A stretch of DNA of 64,000 nt from an uncultured Planctomycetota bacterium. GTDB taxonomy: Bacteria > Planctomycetota > Planctomycetia > Isosphaerales > Isosphaeraceae. Positions within the stretch are counted from its first letter, which is position 1; each line of letters starts with the position of its first letter. Location: NCBI GenBank assembly GCA_963823665.1, contig CAWGMQ010000011.1, positions 224,001 through 288,000 on the forward strand, given 5' to 3'. Under the pieces are notes generated by a model. It did not search any database and was not told where the DNA came from. It worked only from the letters and a program-made list of their open reading frames with translations. The position numbers and the translations under genes were made by a program. This document shows positions 32,887-44,484 of this stretch, piece by piece.

Positions 32887-35800
32887 TCACTCCGGCGCAG
32901 TCTGGCGATAGGGCTTCTTTTGCTGGTAGAGCGCCAGTCGCGCGTGGAACTCACCTTTCTTACTTTCGTCGGCGAGCAGCTCGATCGCCTCCAATTGCTT
33001 CTTGACCGCGGCCTCAAAATCGCCCATCTCCGCGTACGACGCGGCGAGGGTGTCGACCAGATAGGCGTCCTTCCATAGGGTTAGCTCACACGCTCTGGCG
33101 GCTGATTCGACGGACTTCTTGCCATTGCGGTATCGTCGGTTTGGGCAAGTCGACCAGATCCAGGCACGACCATTGAGAGCGCTGAAATCCCTCCGATCCA
33201 GCCGGATGGCTTCAGTGTAATCCGCGATCGCTTTGTCGTATGCCTGTTTTTGCGACCAGGCGTAACCGCGGCCGGTGTAGGCGCGAGCGAACCGATCGTC
33301 GAATCGGATCACGTGATCAAAGTCAGCGGTCGCCAGGTCGTATATTCTACTGCGTGAATACATTACCCCACGTTTGTAAAAGCCGACGGTAGTCGTTGGT
33401 TCCTGCGCAAGCGGGTTGCTAGCGGCGGCAAACGCCGCCGTCTTCGCCGCGGGGTCCGTAAGCGACCCAGGCCTGGGCAAGTCTAGACCCGCGATAGGCT
33501 CTACCCCACTCCCCTCTTTGGTCGGAAACGCCAATTCGTCGAACGCAAATTTGAAATCGCTGATGGTGCGTGTCGGGCCCGGTTGCCGGCGCGTTGCTTC
33601 CAAGTACCCCTCGGGTGCCTGTTCGATCTCACCCGCACCCACCAGGGCTTCGCTCAAGCTCTTCTGGGCTGCAGAGTCCCGCGGCTTGATCTGCGTGGCC
33701 ACGCGAAACTCCTTGATCGCTCCGTCGCGCCAGCCCTGCTTCCAGAGAGCCCGCCCCAGGTTCCAGTGGGCCTCAGCAAGACTTGGCTTGAGCCGGATCG
33801 CTTCGCCGAGTGCAGCGACTGCCTCATCCAGCATCGACAGGTGTAGATACGCGATACCAAGGTTCATCACCGTTTCCGCCGATCCCGGCTCTGGACCTCG
33901 CGCCGCACGATATTCAGCGATGGCGGGCCCGAGCGGCTTGATCTCGTTTGGCTCAATCGCGGTGTCGCCGGGCGAGATGATCAGCTCAGGCTTCAGCAGC
34001 TTCGCGTCCCGATAAGCCTCCGCTGCTTGGTCGATTCTACCTTGTCTCGCGAGCGCGATTCCCAGATTCAAGTGGGCGGCTGCGAAATCCGGCCTGATGT
34101 GGATCGCCTCTTTGTAGACGCGAGCAGATTCGTCGAGTCTCATTTGCGCCGCGAGCGCGATGCCAAGATTCAGTCGTGACCGAATGTCGTCGGGCTCGAT
34201 GGCGATTGCCGCACGAAATTCGAGAATGGCCTCGTCGAATCTTTGCTGGCGATCTAGTGCGGCGGCGAGCCCTCGGTGCGCATCGGCTGAACCCCGTCTG
34301 ACCCGAATCGCCTGGCGATACTCGGCGATTGCGGCATCGATCTCATTCTGCTTGGACAAGAGGTCGCCGAGAGTCTGGTGGGCGATTCCGCTGTCCGGCT
34401 TGAGCCGGATCGCTTCCCGCAGATTGGCGGCAGCGTCGGCAAAGCTCCCTTCCTCCGCCTGAATCGAAGCGAGGTTCACGCGCGCGTCAGCCCGACGGGT
34501 GTCGAGCGAGATCGCCTGTTCAAGTGCAGTCTTGGCCCGCTCGCGTTCGTCAAGTACAAGAAGTGCCGCGCCCAGACAAGCCTGCAGCCGGGCATTCCGG
34601 GGATCGGTCCGAACCGCCTCCCAAAGCTCTGTGACGGCGCCGCCGATCTCGCCATTCGCAATCAGCGTGATCGCAAAGATCTCATGGTCGCCCGCTGCTT
34701 CAGGCTTGAGCTGGATCGCCTCGCGGCACTCGCCAAATGCGTCTTCGAGCTGGTACTTCCCGCGATTTGCACGAGAAAGATCCGGTTGCCCCAGCACCTC
34801 AGGATGATTGATCCGGATGGCCGCTCGAAACTCGGCAGCGCTCTCCTTGAGATCGCCTTTCTCGCGGAGGACGCCGGCCAGCTTCGCGTGCGCCGTGGCC
34901 AGCCTGCGGTCCTGTGCGATCGCGCTCCGGATCGCATCAATCGCTCCCGCAGCTCGTCTCGCGGTGACGAGGGCATAGCCGAGGCGGCACAGGACCGATG
35001 CAAGGTCTGGCTTGAGCCGGATCGCCTGACGGTAAGCGTCGATTGCTCCATCAAGCTTGCCTCTTCGCACGAGGGCGTCGCCCAACCTCAATTGCGCTTC
35101 GAGGGTGTCCGGATTGATTCGAATTGCCGCTTTGTACTCTACGATCGCGTCGTCGCGCTTTCCCAGGGCATCGAGCGCACTCGCGAGGCGGTAGTGGTAC
35201 CAGGCAACATCGGATTTGATTCGGATCGCGATTCGGTATTCGACGATCGCTTCATTGAGCTGTTTAAGCTCGCACAACACCACACCAAGGCGATAATGCG
35301 CTTGGTCGTCGTCGGGATTGCGCCGTGTGGCCTCGCGAAGGGCACCGAGAGCTTCCTCGAGCTTCCCAGCTTGGCGTAATGCCATGCCTAGTTCCGAGTG
35401 CACGTCGGGTAGTTTCGGGTTGAGCTTGATGGCCCGGCGAAACGAGCTGGCCGCTTCTTCACCCCTCTTGAGCACCGCGAGTTCCCTGCCCAAGGAGAGA
35501 TGCACCTCGGCGATTGTCGGAGCGAGCCGGAGTGCGTCGCGAAGCGCGGCGAGCGCCGCGTCGGTTTTGCGCTGACGCGAGAACCCCCCACCAAGATTCA
35601 AATAGGCAAAAACATAGTTCGGGTCGAGTCGAATCGCCTCGCGACACTCCTCAATCCCCTGATGGAGGTCTCCCCGAATCACCAGGGCCGCGCCGAGACC
35701 GCTGTGCAGCGCGGCGTGCCCCGGATTCAAACGGATACACGCACGCAGCGCCGCGATCGCTTCGTCCACGTGATTCCTTTCGACGAGTAATTCAGCAAGC

Positions 35801-36758
35801 TTGCTGTAGACTTCGATGAAGGTCGGGTTGAGCCGAATCGTTTCGCGGTACTCGGTGATCGCTTCCTCGATCCTCTTTTGCGATTCAAACGCCTCGCCGA
35901 GCCCGGCGTGGGCGTGGAAGCTGCGTGGCTGCAATCCCATGGCCTTGGTGAAAGCGTTGGCGGCCTCATTTGGATCAGGCGCTGCGCGCCGGTTTGGGCT
36001 AACCGACCAAGCAGATCCCAGACCCAGTAGTTCTCGGGATACCTTCGCGCTGCGACGCGCACCACAGAAGCCGCGTTACGTCCGTCACCCACGTCGTCAA
36101 GCATCAGGGCGAGCAATAGCAGGCTCTGCACGGGTTGTTTTTCCAGTTCCCCGGTGTCCGAAGCGCATCTCCGCAATACGGAGATTGCGTCGGCCTCCCT
36201 GCGGTCAATTTGATCCCGCACGGAGTTGCGCCACGGGTCGGGATCGATCGCCCGGGCCACGTTCGCCAAAGGGCGGCAATCGAGACGCTCCAACCGGATC
36301 CGGCGCATAAAGCTCCAACTGTCGATCTCCGACGCGATCAGAGCGGTCGATGCCCGGTTGCCCAGCCTGTCGCCTGCCACCTTCGGATCAACCTTGTCGA
36401 GGTCAATCCCAGAGCGGCGGAAAGCCGCCGCGAGATCTCGAGTGAACACAGGAGCGTCGTGATGTACGGAAAAGGCATCTCGCGCAGCCGCGAGATCGCC
36501 GAGTAGCTTTCGCTCGCCTTCGCCGTCAATTTGGCCCGGGGCACCCTGGATTGACGCGATGCCATCCCTGTGATTCTGGGGGTCCGTGGCCGCATCAACC
36601 GCTAGAACGGAGGCTGCGGCAGTGGCCACGATCGCCGCGATCGCCGCGAGCGTTCGCCTCGACCATGATCCAAAGTTCACCCGTGCCGACTCGCTCGCTA
36701 TGCCATTCTGCAACAATCGGCGGTTGGCATCGAATCGGGCGGCGCACGATCGGATCAT
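32887..36758 (-). CDS. TPR protein A (hydrophobic leader + DPDPWRN domain + roughly 20 or more TPRs; frameshift near 35980)
   Basis: ORFs 35727-36836 and 32887-35940 join; ATG 36758 with GGAGGA. Confidence 0.82.
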
Positions 36759-36888
36759 ATCAGGTCCTCCGCGACGGGCCTGTTGTCTCCAGAGTGCCCG
36801 GAAACATAGCACGAAACGACAGATTCCGCTATTCACACTTCATGAGTGGATATTCGTCCAGATTCGGTTCACGAACGCTCGCTTGAGC

Positions 36889-36916
36889 TTGACCGAACGG
36901 GTTGGCTTTCTATAAT
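36889..36916 (+). promoter_or_regulatory. Sigma70 promoter of the second LPS block
   Basis: TTGACC-N16-TATAAT, 57 bp before the ATG. Confidence 0.7.
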
Positions 36917-36973
36917 GCGACCCAGCGCCGAAGGAATCGGCTGCGCGCTCATTTCTCGTCACGGAGGATCGCG

Positions 36974-38582
36974 ATGGCCGGCCGCCGTAGTTTGCACGCG
37001 GTCGTCCTCTTTGCCGTGCTTGTTCACGGGATCGCCATTTCGCAAACCTTGCTGCCCGCGCAGGACGGCCTCAAGTTCATCCGAATCGCCCGCGAGTTCC
37101 AGACCCATCCCTGGGCTGACGTGATTCGCGGGTCGGATGCCCATCCTCTCTACCCGGCGCTCATCGCAGCCGTCGAGCCGATGGTCACCTGGTTCACCAG
37201 CCCTGGCCCCGCGGCATGGCGGACAGCCGCGCAGATCGTGGCGGTCCTCGCCTCCGTCGCCCTCATTCTGCCAGTCTATGGCATCACCCTGATGCTCTTC
37301 GACAGGCGCATCGCCTGCATGGCGGCCGCTCTCGCGGTCTTGCTGCCCCGCGCAGCCGAGCTGGGCCACGATACGCTCAGCGATAGCCTGGGACTCATGT
37401 GCACCTTCGCCGCGCTCTGGCTGGCGGCAAAGGCACTTCGCAGGTGTGATTGGCGACTCGCGGCGGCTTCGGGCCTCGTGGCAGGCTCTTGGATATCTCG
37501 CGCGCCCGGAAGTCATCCTCGTCCCCGCCGTGGTCGCGTTCACCTGGTTCGTGAACTTCGTGCGCACGCCTCGTCCGCGTGCCCTGTACCGCTTGCCCGC
37601 GCTCCTCGTCTCTCTCGCCTGCGCGTTCAGCGTGATCGGCTCGTACGCCATGGTGAAAGGGGAAATCTCTGAAAAGCTCCCGTTGCGTCTCGCGGTGGGG
37701 CTCGGTCCCAAAATCCACACGATGCGCCGATCGCCTCAACAGCGTCCGCACGGGCTGGATGACCCACGCTGGGACTTCTCTCCCAAGGAAGAGGGCGAGC
37801 GCATCCCGATCCACGGAGTCGCCAACGCCATCGGCCGGATCGTCGGCAAATGGTGGGAAGAACTTTGCTGGCTCTTCGCAGTCATGACCGTCTGGGGCCT
37901 GGCACGGCAGCGGTTCGTCCGTGCCAAGTGCCTCGATCGCGACCCGGATGACTCGAGTGCGATCGAGCGACAGCTTTTCCTTATATACGCAGTTGTGTAC
38001 GTAGTTGTACTCGTGCGCCATAGCGTGTTGCTCGGGTATCTGTCCGGCCGCCATATCATGCCCCTTGTTTATGTGTCGCTTCCCTGGGCCGCTGCCGGTA
38101 GCTTCGTCTGCGCGCGAGGCATTGCACTCAAGCTGCACTGGGACTCCTCCGCACGACGCACCGCGGCGGTTCTGGCGGCGGCGGTGACCGTCGCGGCATC
38201 GATCGTGGTGCAGATGCAGCCCAGTCATCTGAATCACCTGAGCCGGTCGGGCCACTGGGCGGCAGGCCGCTGGCTCGCAGAGCACGCCGAGGCAAGCGAG
38301 CTGGTGCTCGATACTCGCGGTTGGGCCAAATTCGTATCCGGTCACGCGGGATACGACTACTGGCACGTTAGCCAGGCGCTCACCGACTCGCACCTCGCAT
38401 ACATCGTCGTCGGTCTCGATGAGCTCCAGGCACGAAGCCCACGCGCAAAGACGCTGAAAAGCTTGCTTACCTTTGCGGCTACTCCCGTCGTGGATTTTCC
38501 GGCCTTCCCGGGCGATTCCACTCCCGCCGTTCGACTTTATCGCTATCATCGGCCACGCACCTGGGAAGGACTGACTCCGTGA
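36974..38582 (+). CDS. GT39/ArnT-like membrane glycosyltransferase (frameshift near 37487)
   Basis: QDG..FI..A, HPLYP, TLSDSL, YLARPE motifs; many TM helices. Confidence 0.8.
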
Positions 38583-39436
38583 GTTACGGCTCGCTCAAAG
38601 CACGATGGCTTCACGGGGTGAGCTGGACCTGGATCAACGAGAACTACCGCGCGCACCTGCCCGCCAATCTTGCTGCGAGTGTCATGAACATCGAGAGCCG
38701 CGATCGCTTTCACTCCAAGCAAGGGCGCTCGACGGCGCGGGTCGTCCTGCACGGATCCGAGCACCCCCTGCCGGTCTATTTGAAGCGGCACTATCACGTG
38801 CCCTGGCCGGCCCGATTGGCTGCGCTCGTGCTCCCCGCGGGCCGCCATTCGCCCGCCGCGGCGGAGTGGCAGCACCTCGAGCGGGTGCGAAACCTCGGGA
38901 TCAACGTCCCCGATGTCGTCGCCACCGGCGAGTGCATCGGCCCGGGCGCCCGATTGCAGAGCTTCCTCATGCTCGCCGAGTTGACCGGATCGACCGCCCT
39001 CAACGAGTTGTTGCCGCAGCTCGCCGGCCGGCTCGATCGCTCCGGCTTCGCTCTTCTCAAGCGACGTGTTGTCATCGAAATGGCGAGGATCGTCGCAACC
39101 CTCCACCGCGCCTGCGTGTTCCATAAAGACCTCTATCTCTGCCATTTCTTTCTCGATCCGGGCCGCGATGATCCGACGACGGGCCCGCCCGCGCTCACCC
39201 TGATCGATTTGCACCGGCTCAAGCAGCACCGACACCTCGCTGACTGGTGGCGCTGGAAAGACCTCGCCCAGTTGCTCTACTCTACCGATGGAGTCGCCGG
39301 CATCACCCCGCGCGACTGCGCTCGGTTCTGGAAATGTTACCGCCGGCTCGCCGGCATCAAACGCCCTGAGCTCGATGCGTGGATCGTCCGGTTCAGAACT
39401 GCGCGTTATCGGGAGCATAATCGCAAACGGCGGTAA
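38579..39436 (+). CDS. LPS core heptose kinase (WaaP/Kdo kinase family)
   Basis: YLKRH, EW, HKDLYLCHF, LIDLHRL, WRWKDLAQL. Confidence 0.85.
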   Translation: MSYGSLKARWLHGVSWTWINENYRAHLPANLAASVMNIESRDRFHSKQGRSTARVVLHGSEHPLPVYLKRHYHVPWPARLAALVLPAGRHSPAAAEWQHLERVRNLGINVPDVVATGECIGPGARLQSFLMLAELTGSTALNELLPQLAGRLDRSGFALLKRRVVIEMARIVATLHRACVFHKDLYLCHFFLDPGRDDPTTGPPALTLIDLHRLKQHRHLADWWRWKDLAQLLYSTDGVAGITPRDCARFWKCYRRLAGIKRPELDAWIVRFRTARYREHNRKRR

Positions 39437-39551
39437 AGCCGAAACGGACGCGACGGCGATTTGCTTCAGCCCGATCCGCCAGATCGCGATAAGTCGATGA
39501 TGGGAGAGTGGCGGATCACGGCATGCCGCAATCGACAGAAAGAGGCTCAAC

Positions 39552-40810
39552 ATGCACTTGGCCCTGAACTTTCAGCGAGTCGACCCGGCACGGGGCGGCG
39601 CCGAGACCTATGTCGCCGACCTCTGCCGTCACCTGGTCCTCTCCGGGCACCGAGTCGACCTTTACGCCGAAAGCTGGGCCCACGGCGCGCTGGCCCCCCA
39701 GGTGAACACAATCCCAGTCGCAGCGAGCGGACACACGCGTCTGGAACGGCTTTTGAGCTTTGCCCGGAACTCCGAACGAGCGCTCGCCCATGCCAGCTAC
39801 GATTGTTCGATCGGCTTCGTCAACACCTGGTTCCACGATGTGATCATCCCGCAAGGTGGCGTCCACGGAGGCAGTCTTGCCGCCAACGCACGGCGGTTCT
39901 CCCCGCTGTTTCGACCGCTCTACCTCGCCGCCAAGAAGTCAAACCTGAGCTACTGGGTGCACCGGCTGATCGAGCAGCGACAGTACAACCCGGCGCGGCA
40001 GCCGCGAGTCATCGCAGTCAGCGACATGGTGAAACGGCATCTGGAACAGTTCCACCGCGTTCCGCTGCACCGAATCTATGTCGTGCCCAATGCCATCGAT
40101 CCTGCACGGCTGCAGGTCTCGCAGCCCGGCGCACTCCGCTGCGCCTTTCGCAACCGGCTTGGGCTCGAGCCCGGGCAACTGGTCGGTCTTTTCGCCGGCC
40201 ACAATTTCGCCCTCAAGGGTCTGGGTCCGCTGCTGGAGGCGCTCGCCCTGAGGCGCCGCCAGAACCATGCGGCGCGGCCGATCCATCTGCTGGTTTGCGG
40301 CGGTGGTGATTCGGTCTCATTCGGCCGCCTGGCCCGCAGGCTTGGTCTGGGTGAAACGGTTCATTTCCTGGGTTTCTATCCGCAACGTTGAAGATTGTTT
40401 CTGGTCCAGTGACTTCTTCGTTCAGCCCACCTATTACGACCCGTGCTCGCTCGTCGTGATGGAAGCCCTGGCTTGCGGACTTCCCGTGATCACCACCACA
40501 GTCCAATGGTGCGGGCGAGCTTCTCGAGAACGGACGTGAAGGCCATGTCATCAGCTCGCCTGACGCGCGCGACGAGCTGATTGCAGCCCTGGATCACATG
40601 ACCGACGACACGGCCCGGCGCGCGATGTCGGCGAAGGCGCAAGCGCTCGGGCGCTACCAGACGCTCGACCTGCACGTCGCGCGGCTGATCGCGGTCTTCG
40701 AGGAAGTCGCCGCGGCCAGATCGCGCCGCCTGCCTCACTCGCGGGCCCAGAAAGCCCACAAGAACACGCCTCATTTTGCTCGGCCGCGCCGATCGTGGCG
40801 CTCGGAATAA
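39552..40810 (+). CDS. Glycosyltransferase family 4, WaaG-like (frameshifts near 40383 and 40500)
   Basis: RGGAETY, VPNAID, NFALKGL, PTYYDPCSLVVMEALACGLPVI. Confidence 0.88.
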
Positions 40811-40856
40811 ACACATAGGGATAACAGTCTGCCGCATATGCAAGGAGTGCAGAGCG

Positions 40857-41613
40857 ATGCAAGCGGTGTTGCTGGCCGGTGGTAAAGGGACGCGGCTGCG
40901 CCCTTACACGCATGTACTTCCCAAGCCACTCATGCCGCTGGGCGAAGCCGACCCGATGCCGATCATCGAGGTCGTGCTGCGCCAGCTCGGGCGCTTCGGT
41001 TTTCACGACGTCACCATCATCACCGGCTACTTGACCGAGCTGGTCGAAGCGTTCTGCGGCGACGGTCGCAAGTTCGGCACCAGGCTCTCGTATTGCCGTG
41101 AGCCCGCCCCGCTGGGAACGGCCGGCGGCCTGACTCTGCTGGAACGCCCTCGCGAGCCCGTGCTGGTGATCAACGGCGACATCCTCACCACCCTCGACTA
41201 CGCCGAGATGTATGCCTTCCACTCCCAGCCGCAGCGCGGCCGCGACGATCGCTTCCTATCCCCGCGAGGTGAAGGTCGACTTCGGCGTCCTGCTCTTCGG
41301 CGACGATCCCCACATCTTGACGGGATATCAGGAGAAGCCGCAATATTCGTTCGAGGTGAGCATGGGCGTCTACATCCTCGACCCCGTGGCGTGGAACTTC
41401 CTGACTCCGGGCCGCCCGCTGCCGATGCCCGACCTGCTCGAATCGATGCGGCACGCCGGTCACGATATCCACTGCTACCGCCAGGAATGCTACTGGCTCG
41501 ACATCGGCCGCCACGACGACTACGCCACCGCCAACGAAATCTTCGAGTCCCGCCGCAGCGCGTTTCTGAGCAGCCCCACGGTCAAAAAAATGAAGATCGG
41601 GCGCGACCAGTGA
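40857..41613 (+). CDS. Sugar-phosphate nucleotidyltransferase (frameshift near 41226)
   Basis: LAGGKGTRLRPYT..LPKPL, LGTAGGL, NGDILT, EKP, YWLDIG. Confidence 0.9.
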
Positions 41614-43462
41614 ATCTCTTCGCCAACAGCTCGTTCGCCCTTTCTCCGGCTGGCCGTCGCGCGCCGCATACCTGGCCGGCTCGATTCCGTTCGGCTACCT
41701 GATCGCATACGCCGGTGCGCGGCATCGATATCCGCACCGTGGGCTCGGGCAATCTGGGCGCGACCAATGTCGGCCGCACACTCGGGTTTCGTTATTTTCT
41801 GCTGACACTCTTGCTCGATCTCTTGAAGGGTTATCTTCCAACGATCGGTTTTCCCTGGTTGCTCAAATGGCAGACCGGCTCCTGCCCCGTCGATCTGCCG
41901 GTGCTCCTGGCCTCCGCTGCCATCCTGGGCCATACCTTTCCGATCTATCTCCGATTCACGCGGCGGCAAGGGTGTGGCGACCAGCTTGGGCGGAGTACTC
42001 GCCCTCGATCCCACTGCTCATGCGGTATCGCTGCATTGGCATTCGTCATTTTCCTGATTGTTATGTCGTTATGTCTCGCTATCATCGCTTCTCGCAGGAG
42101 TGGTCTTCGCGGCCGCGCCATTTCATGCGTCAGCCGCTTCCCTGGAATCGGAACCACATTGCCATGACCTTATTCTCGATCGCCGTGTTGATCCTGCTCT
42201 TCGTCCGGCATCGCAGCAATCTGGCCCGCATCTGGGCCGGCACCGAACGACGCGTCTCCTTTGGTCGCGGCCCCAAAGCGGGCAGCCAGGCCGGCTGCGG
42301 CAAGATCTCGGTCTTTTCTGGTCGCCGCGCTCGTCTTGCTGGCGCAGCGGCCCTTGGCGGCGTCTGGGCCTACCGCCAGATGAACCGCAGGCTCGAGACT
42401 ACCGCCGGCCCCTGGAACCTGCGCGAAACCGATCGCACCGCCACCGGCCAGCAGCGCGTCGATCGCGTCGTGTTCGCCAGGGGAGGAAATCGGCTCGCGG
42501 CAATCTGCCCGAGATATGATCGCCTGGTTATTTACGACGTCAAGCTCGATGCGACACTCGCGCTCACGCGGGATGTTCAGCTTGAGGGCCGCCCGGTCGC
42601 TATCGTCACCTCCGGCGATCACTTCATCGTGCTCGAGCGTCCGCACGGCGACGATCGCCACATCGAGCCCGGCTGGTGGGAAGTGTTCGATCTCGACGGA
42701 AATCACCGCGGATCTCGCAACCCGGCTGGTTTCTATCCTGACGATCTGGCGGTTTCGATCGACGGCCGGCACCTCTTCGTCATCAGCTCGGGTCAGGCCG
42801 AGGGCGACCCGAAGAAGCCGATGCCGGCCCTCGAGACGTTCGAGCTCGACCTCGCCGCCGGGTCCGGCCGCGTCCGGCGTCGCGTCGAGTTCGACCGCCG
42901 CGACGATCCGGCCCGTCTCGCTCTCTCGGCCTCGGGACGATTCGCCGCCGTGCTCCTGTCCAAGACCAACCAGATCGTAGGGTTCGACATCTCCGTGCCC
43001 GAAAGCCCCCACTTGGTCGGCAGAACGCGGCCTTCCACCGCCGAAGTTCCCTACGTCTCCCCTTCGCCGGATTCCGACTGGATCATGATGCCAGTCGCTT
43101 CGCCGTCCGAGGCGATCGCCATCCCCTCTCCGCTCAAGCGACGGCACGGCTCTTCGAACGCCGCCGCCGAATCGATCCCAAGCCCCGATTTTGTCGTCTC
43201 CGCTCGCCACCGCGATTCCGTGATCGAGCTCGTGCAGAACGCGCCGTTCCGCCCGCTCGGCCGCCTCCCGCTCACCGGCCCCCTCAACCTCGGCAAGACA
43301 CGCCCCACCGGGCTCGCTTATTCGCCCGAACGCGGCCTGCTCGCCGTCTCGACCCGCTCGGGTTCCATTCACTTGCTCGAGCTGGCCTGGCGCAATAACC
43401 AGGATCGCGCGCTTCTTCGCGCACCAATTGCCACCGCGCCCGATACCCCGATTCGACGCTGA
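41610..43462 (+). CDS. plsY: Glycerol-3-phosphate acyltransferase PlsY fused to a C-terminal beta-propeller-like domain (several frameshifts)
   Basis: GSIPFG, DIRTVGSGNLGATNVGR, LDLLKG, GHTFP, RHRSNLARIWAGTE; the last motif runs in frame into about 400 further residues. Confidence 0.8.
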
Positions 43463-43594
43463 GCATATCGTATGCCGCTCTATCCGGCATCGGTCGTCCA
43501 TCAGTTTCGTCTCTCGCAATGAAATCTCAATCCGGCCTGACTCTGGCGAGACTTCGGAAAAATGCGGTAACATCCAGTGAGGGGGACAAACTCC

Positions 43595-43954
43595 ATGATG
43601 ACCGTTCACCTTACGGAAAACCTCGAGCGCCTCGTTCGCGACGCGATCAGCACCGGCCGGTACGTCGGTGTCGATGACGTCATTTCCGATTCTCTCATCC
43701 GCCTCCGCCGCGCAATCGACACAGATGTTGTTGAGCTCGATCGAAGCGCTCCGACTGGCGCGCCGGGCAAGAAACTCACCAAGCAGGAATTTCATCGCCA
43801 TCTCGTGAAAATCGGCCTCCTGGACCAGCCTCCCGAAAATAGCACCGACGCTGTCGATCCGAGCGACCTGGTCGACGACGAAGGCGAGGTCGTCGATGAG
43901 GTGGTGATCCGCGAGCGCCTGATCGAGTGGTTGACCGGATTCCTTGAAAAATAG
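43595..43954 (+). CDS. Ribbon-helix-helix (ParD-like) antitoxin-type protein, no adjacent toxin
   Basis: MTVHLTENLERLVRDAISTGRY...DDVI..L; C-terminal GEVVDEVVIRER. Confidence 0.7.
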   Translation: MMTVHLTENLERLVRDAISTGRYVGVDDVISDSLIRLRRAIDTDVVELDRSAPTGAPGKKLTKQEFHRHLVKIGLLDQPPENSTDAVDPSDLVDDEGEVVDEVVIRERLIEWLTGFLEK

Positions 43955-43983
43955 CGGGTGTTCCCGGGAAAGAACCACGATTC

Positions 43984-44484
43984 ATGTTCGGAAAGAAGAA
44001 ACAATCGCCTGCTCTGCCTGGCCACTGGTTTTGCCCAGCCTGCGGGCTCGACGAGTTCCATGACCTTGTACAGCCAACCTGTCCGGAATGCGGCGAATCC
44101 CTGCGCAACAAGGGCTACTGCTCCGTCTGCGAACGACACTGGTCCTTGATCCCCGGTGAGCTCTGTCCCAAGCACGATCTTGAGCTGGAAAAAACGCCAG
44201 CCGCTGATGAGTCCTCCCAGGAGCGGGAATATGTGCCCTGGGTCACCGCGGCCGTCTTTCCCAATAGCGCGACGGCGGCCATCCTTCGAGGTCGGCTCGA
44301 GGCCGAAGGCATCCCCACCTTTCTCGATGGCGAGCGGATGGGAACCGCCGGCATGTACCTGGCTGCTACCCGGGGCGTGCGTCTGCAAGTGCCCGCCGAC
44401 AGGGCCGCCGACGCGCGAATCATTCTGGATCAAAACTGGTCACTCCCCGACGACGAGAAGGCCGACTTCGAAGACCTGTTATGA
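43984..44484 (+). CDS. DUF2007-like protein with N-terminal Cys knuckles
   Basis: Multiple CxxC; AAILRGRLEAEGIPTFLDGE...GVRLQVP. Confidence 0.8.
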   Translation: MFGKKKQSPALPGHWFCPACGLDEFHDLVQPTCPECGESLRNKGYCSVCERHWSLIPGELCPKHDLELEKTPAADESSQEREYVPWVTAAVFPNSATAAILRGRLEAEGIPTFLDGERMGTAGMYLAATRGVRLQVPADRAADARIILDQNWSLPDDEKADFEDLL

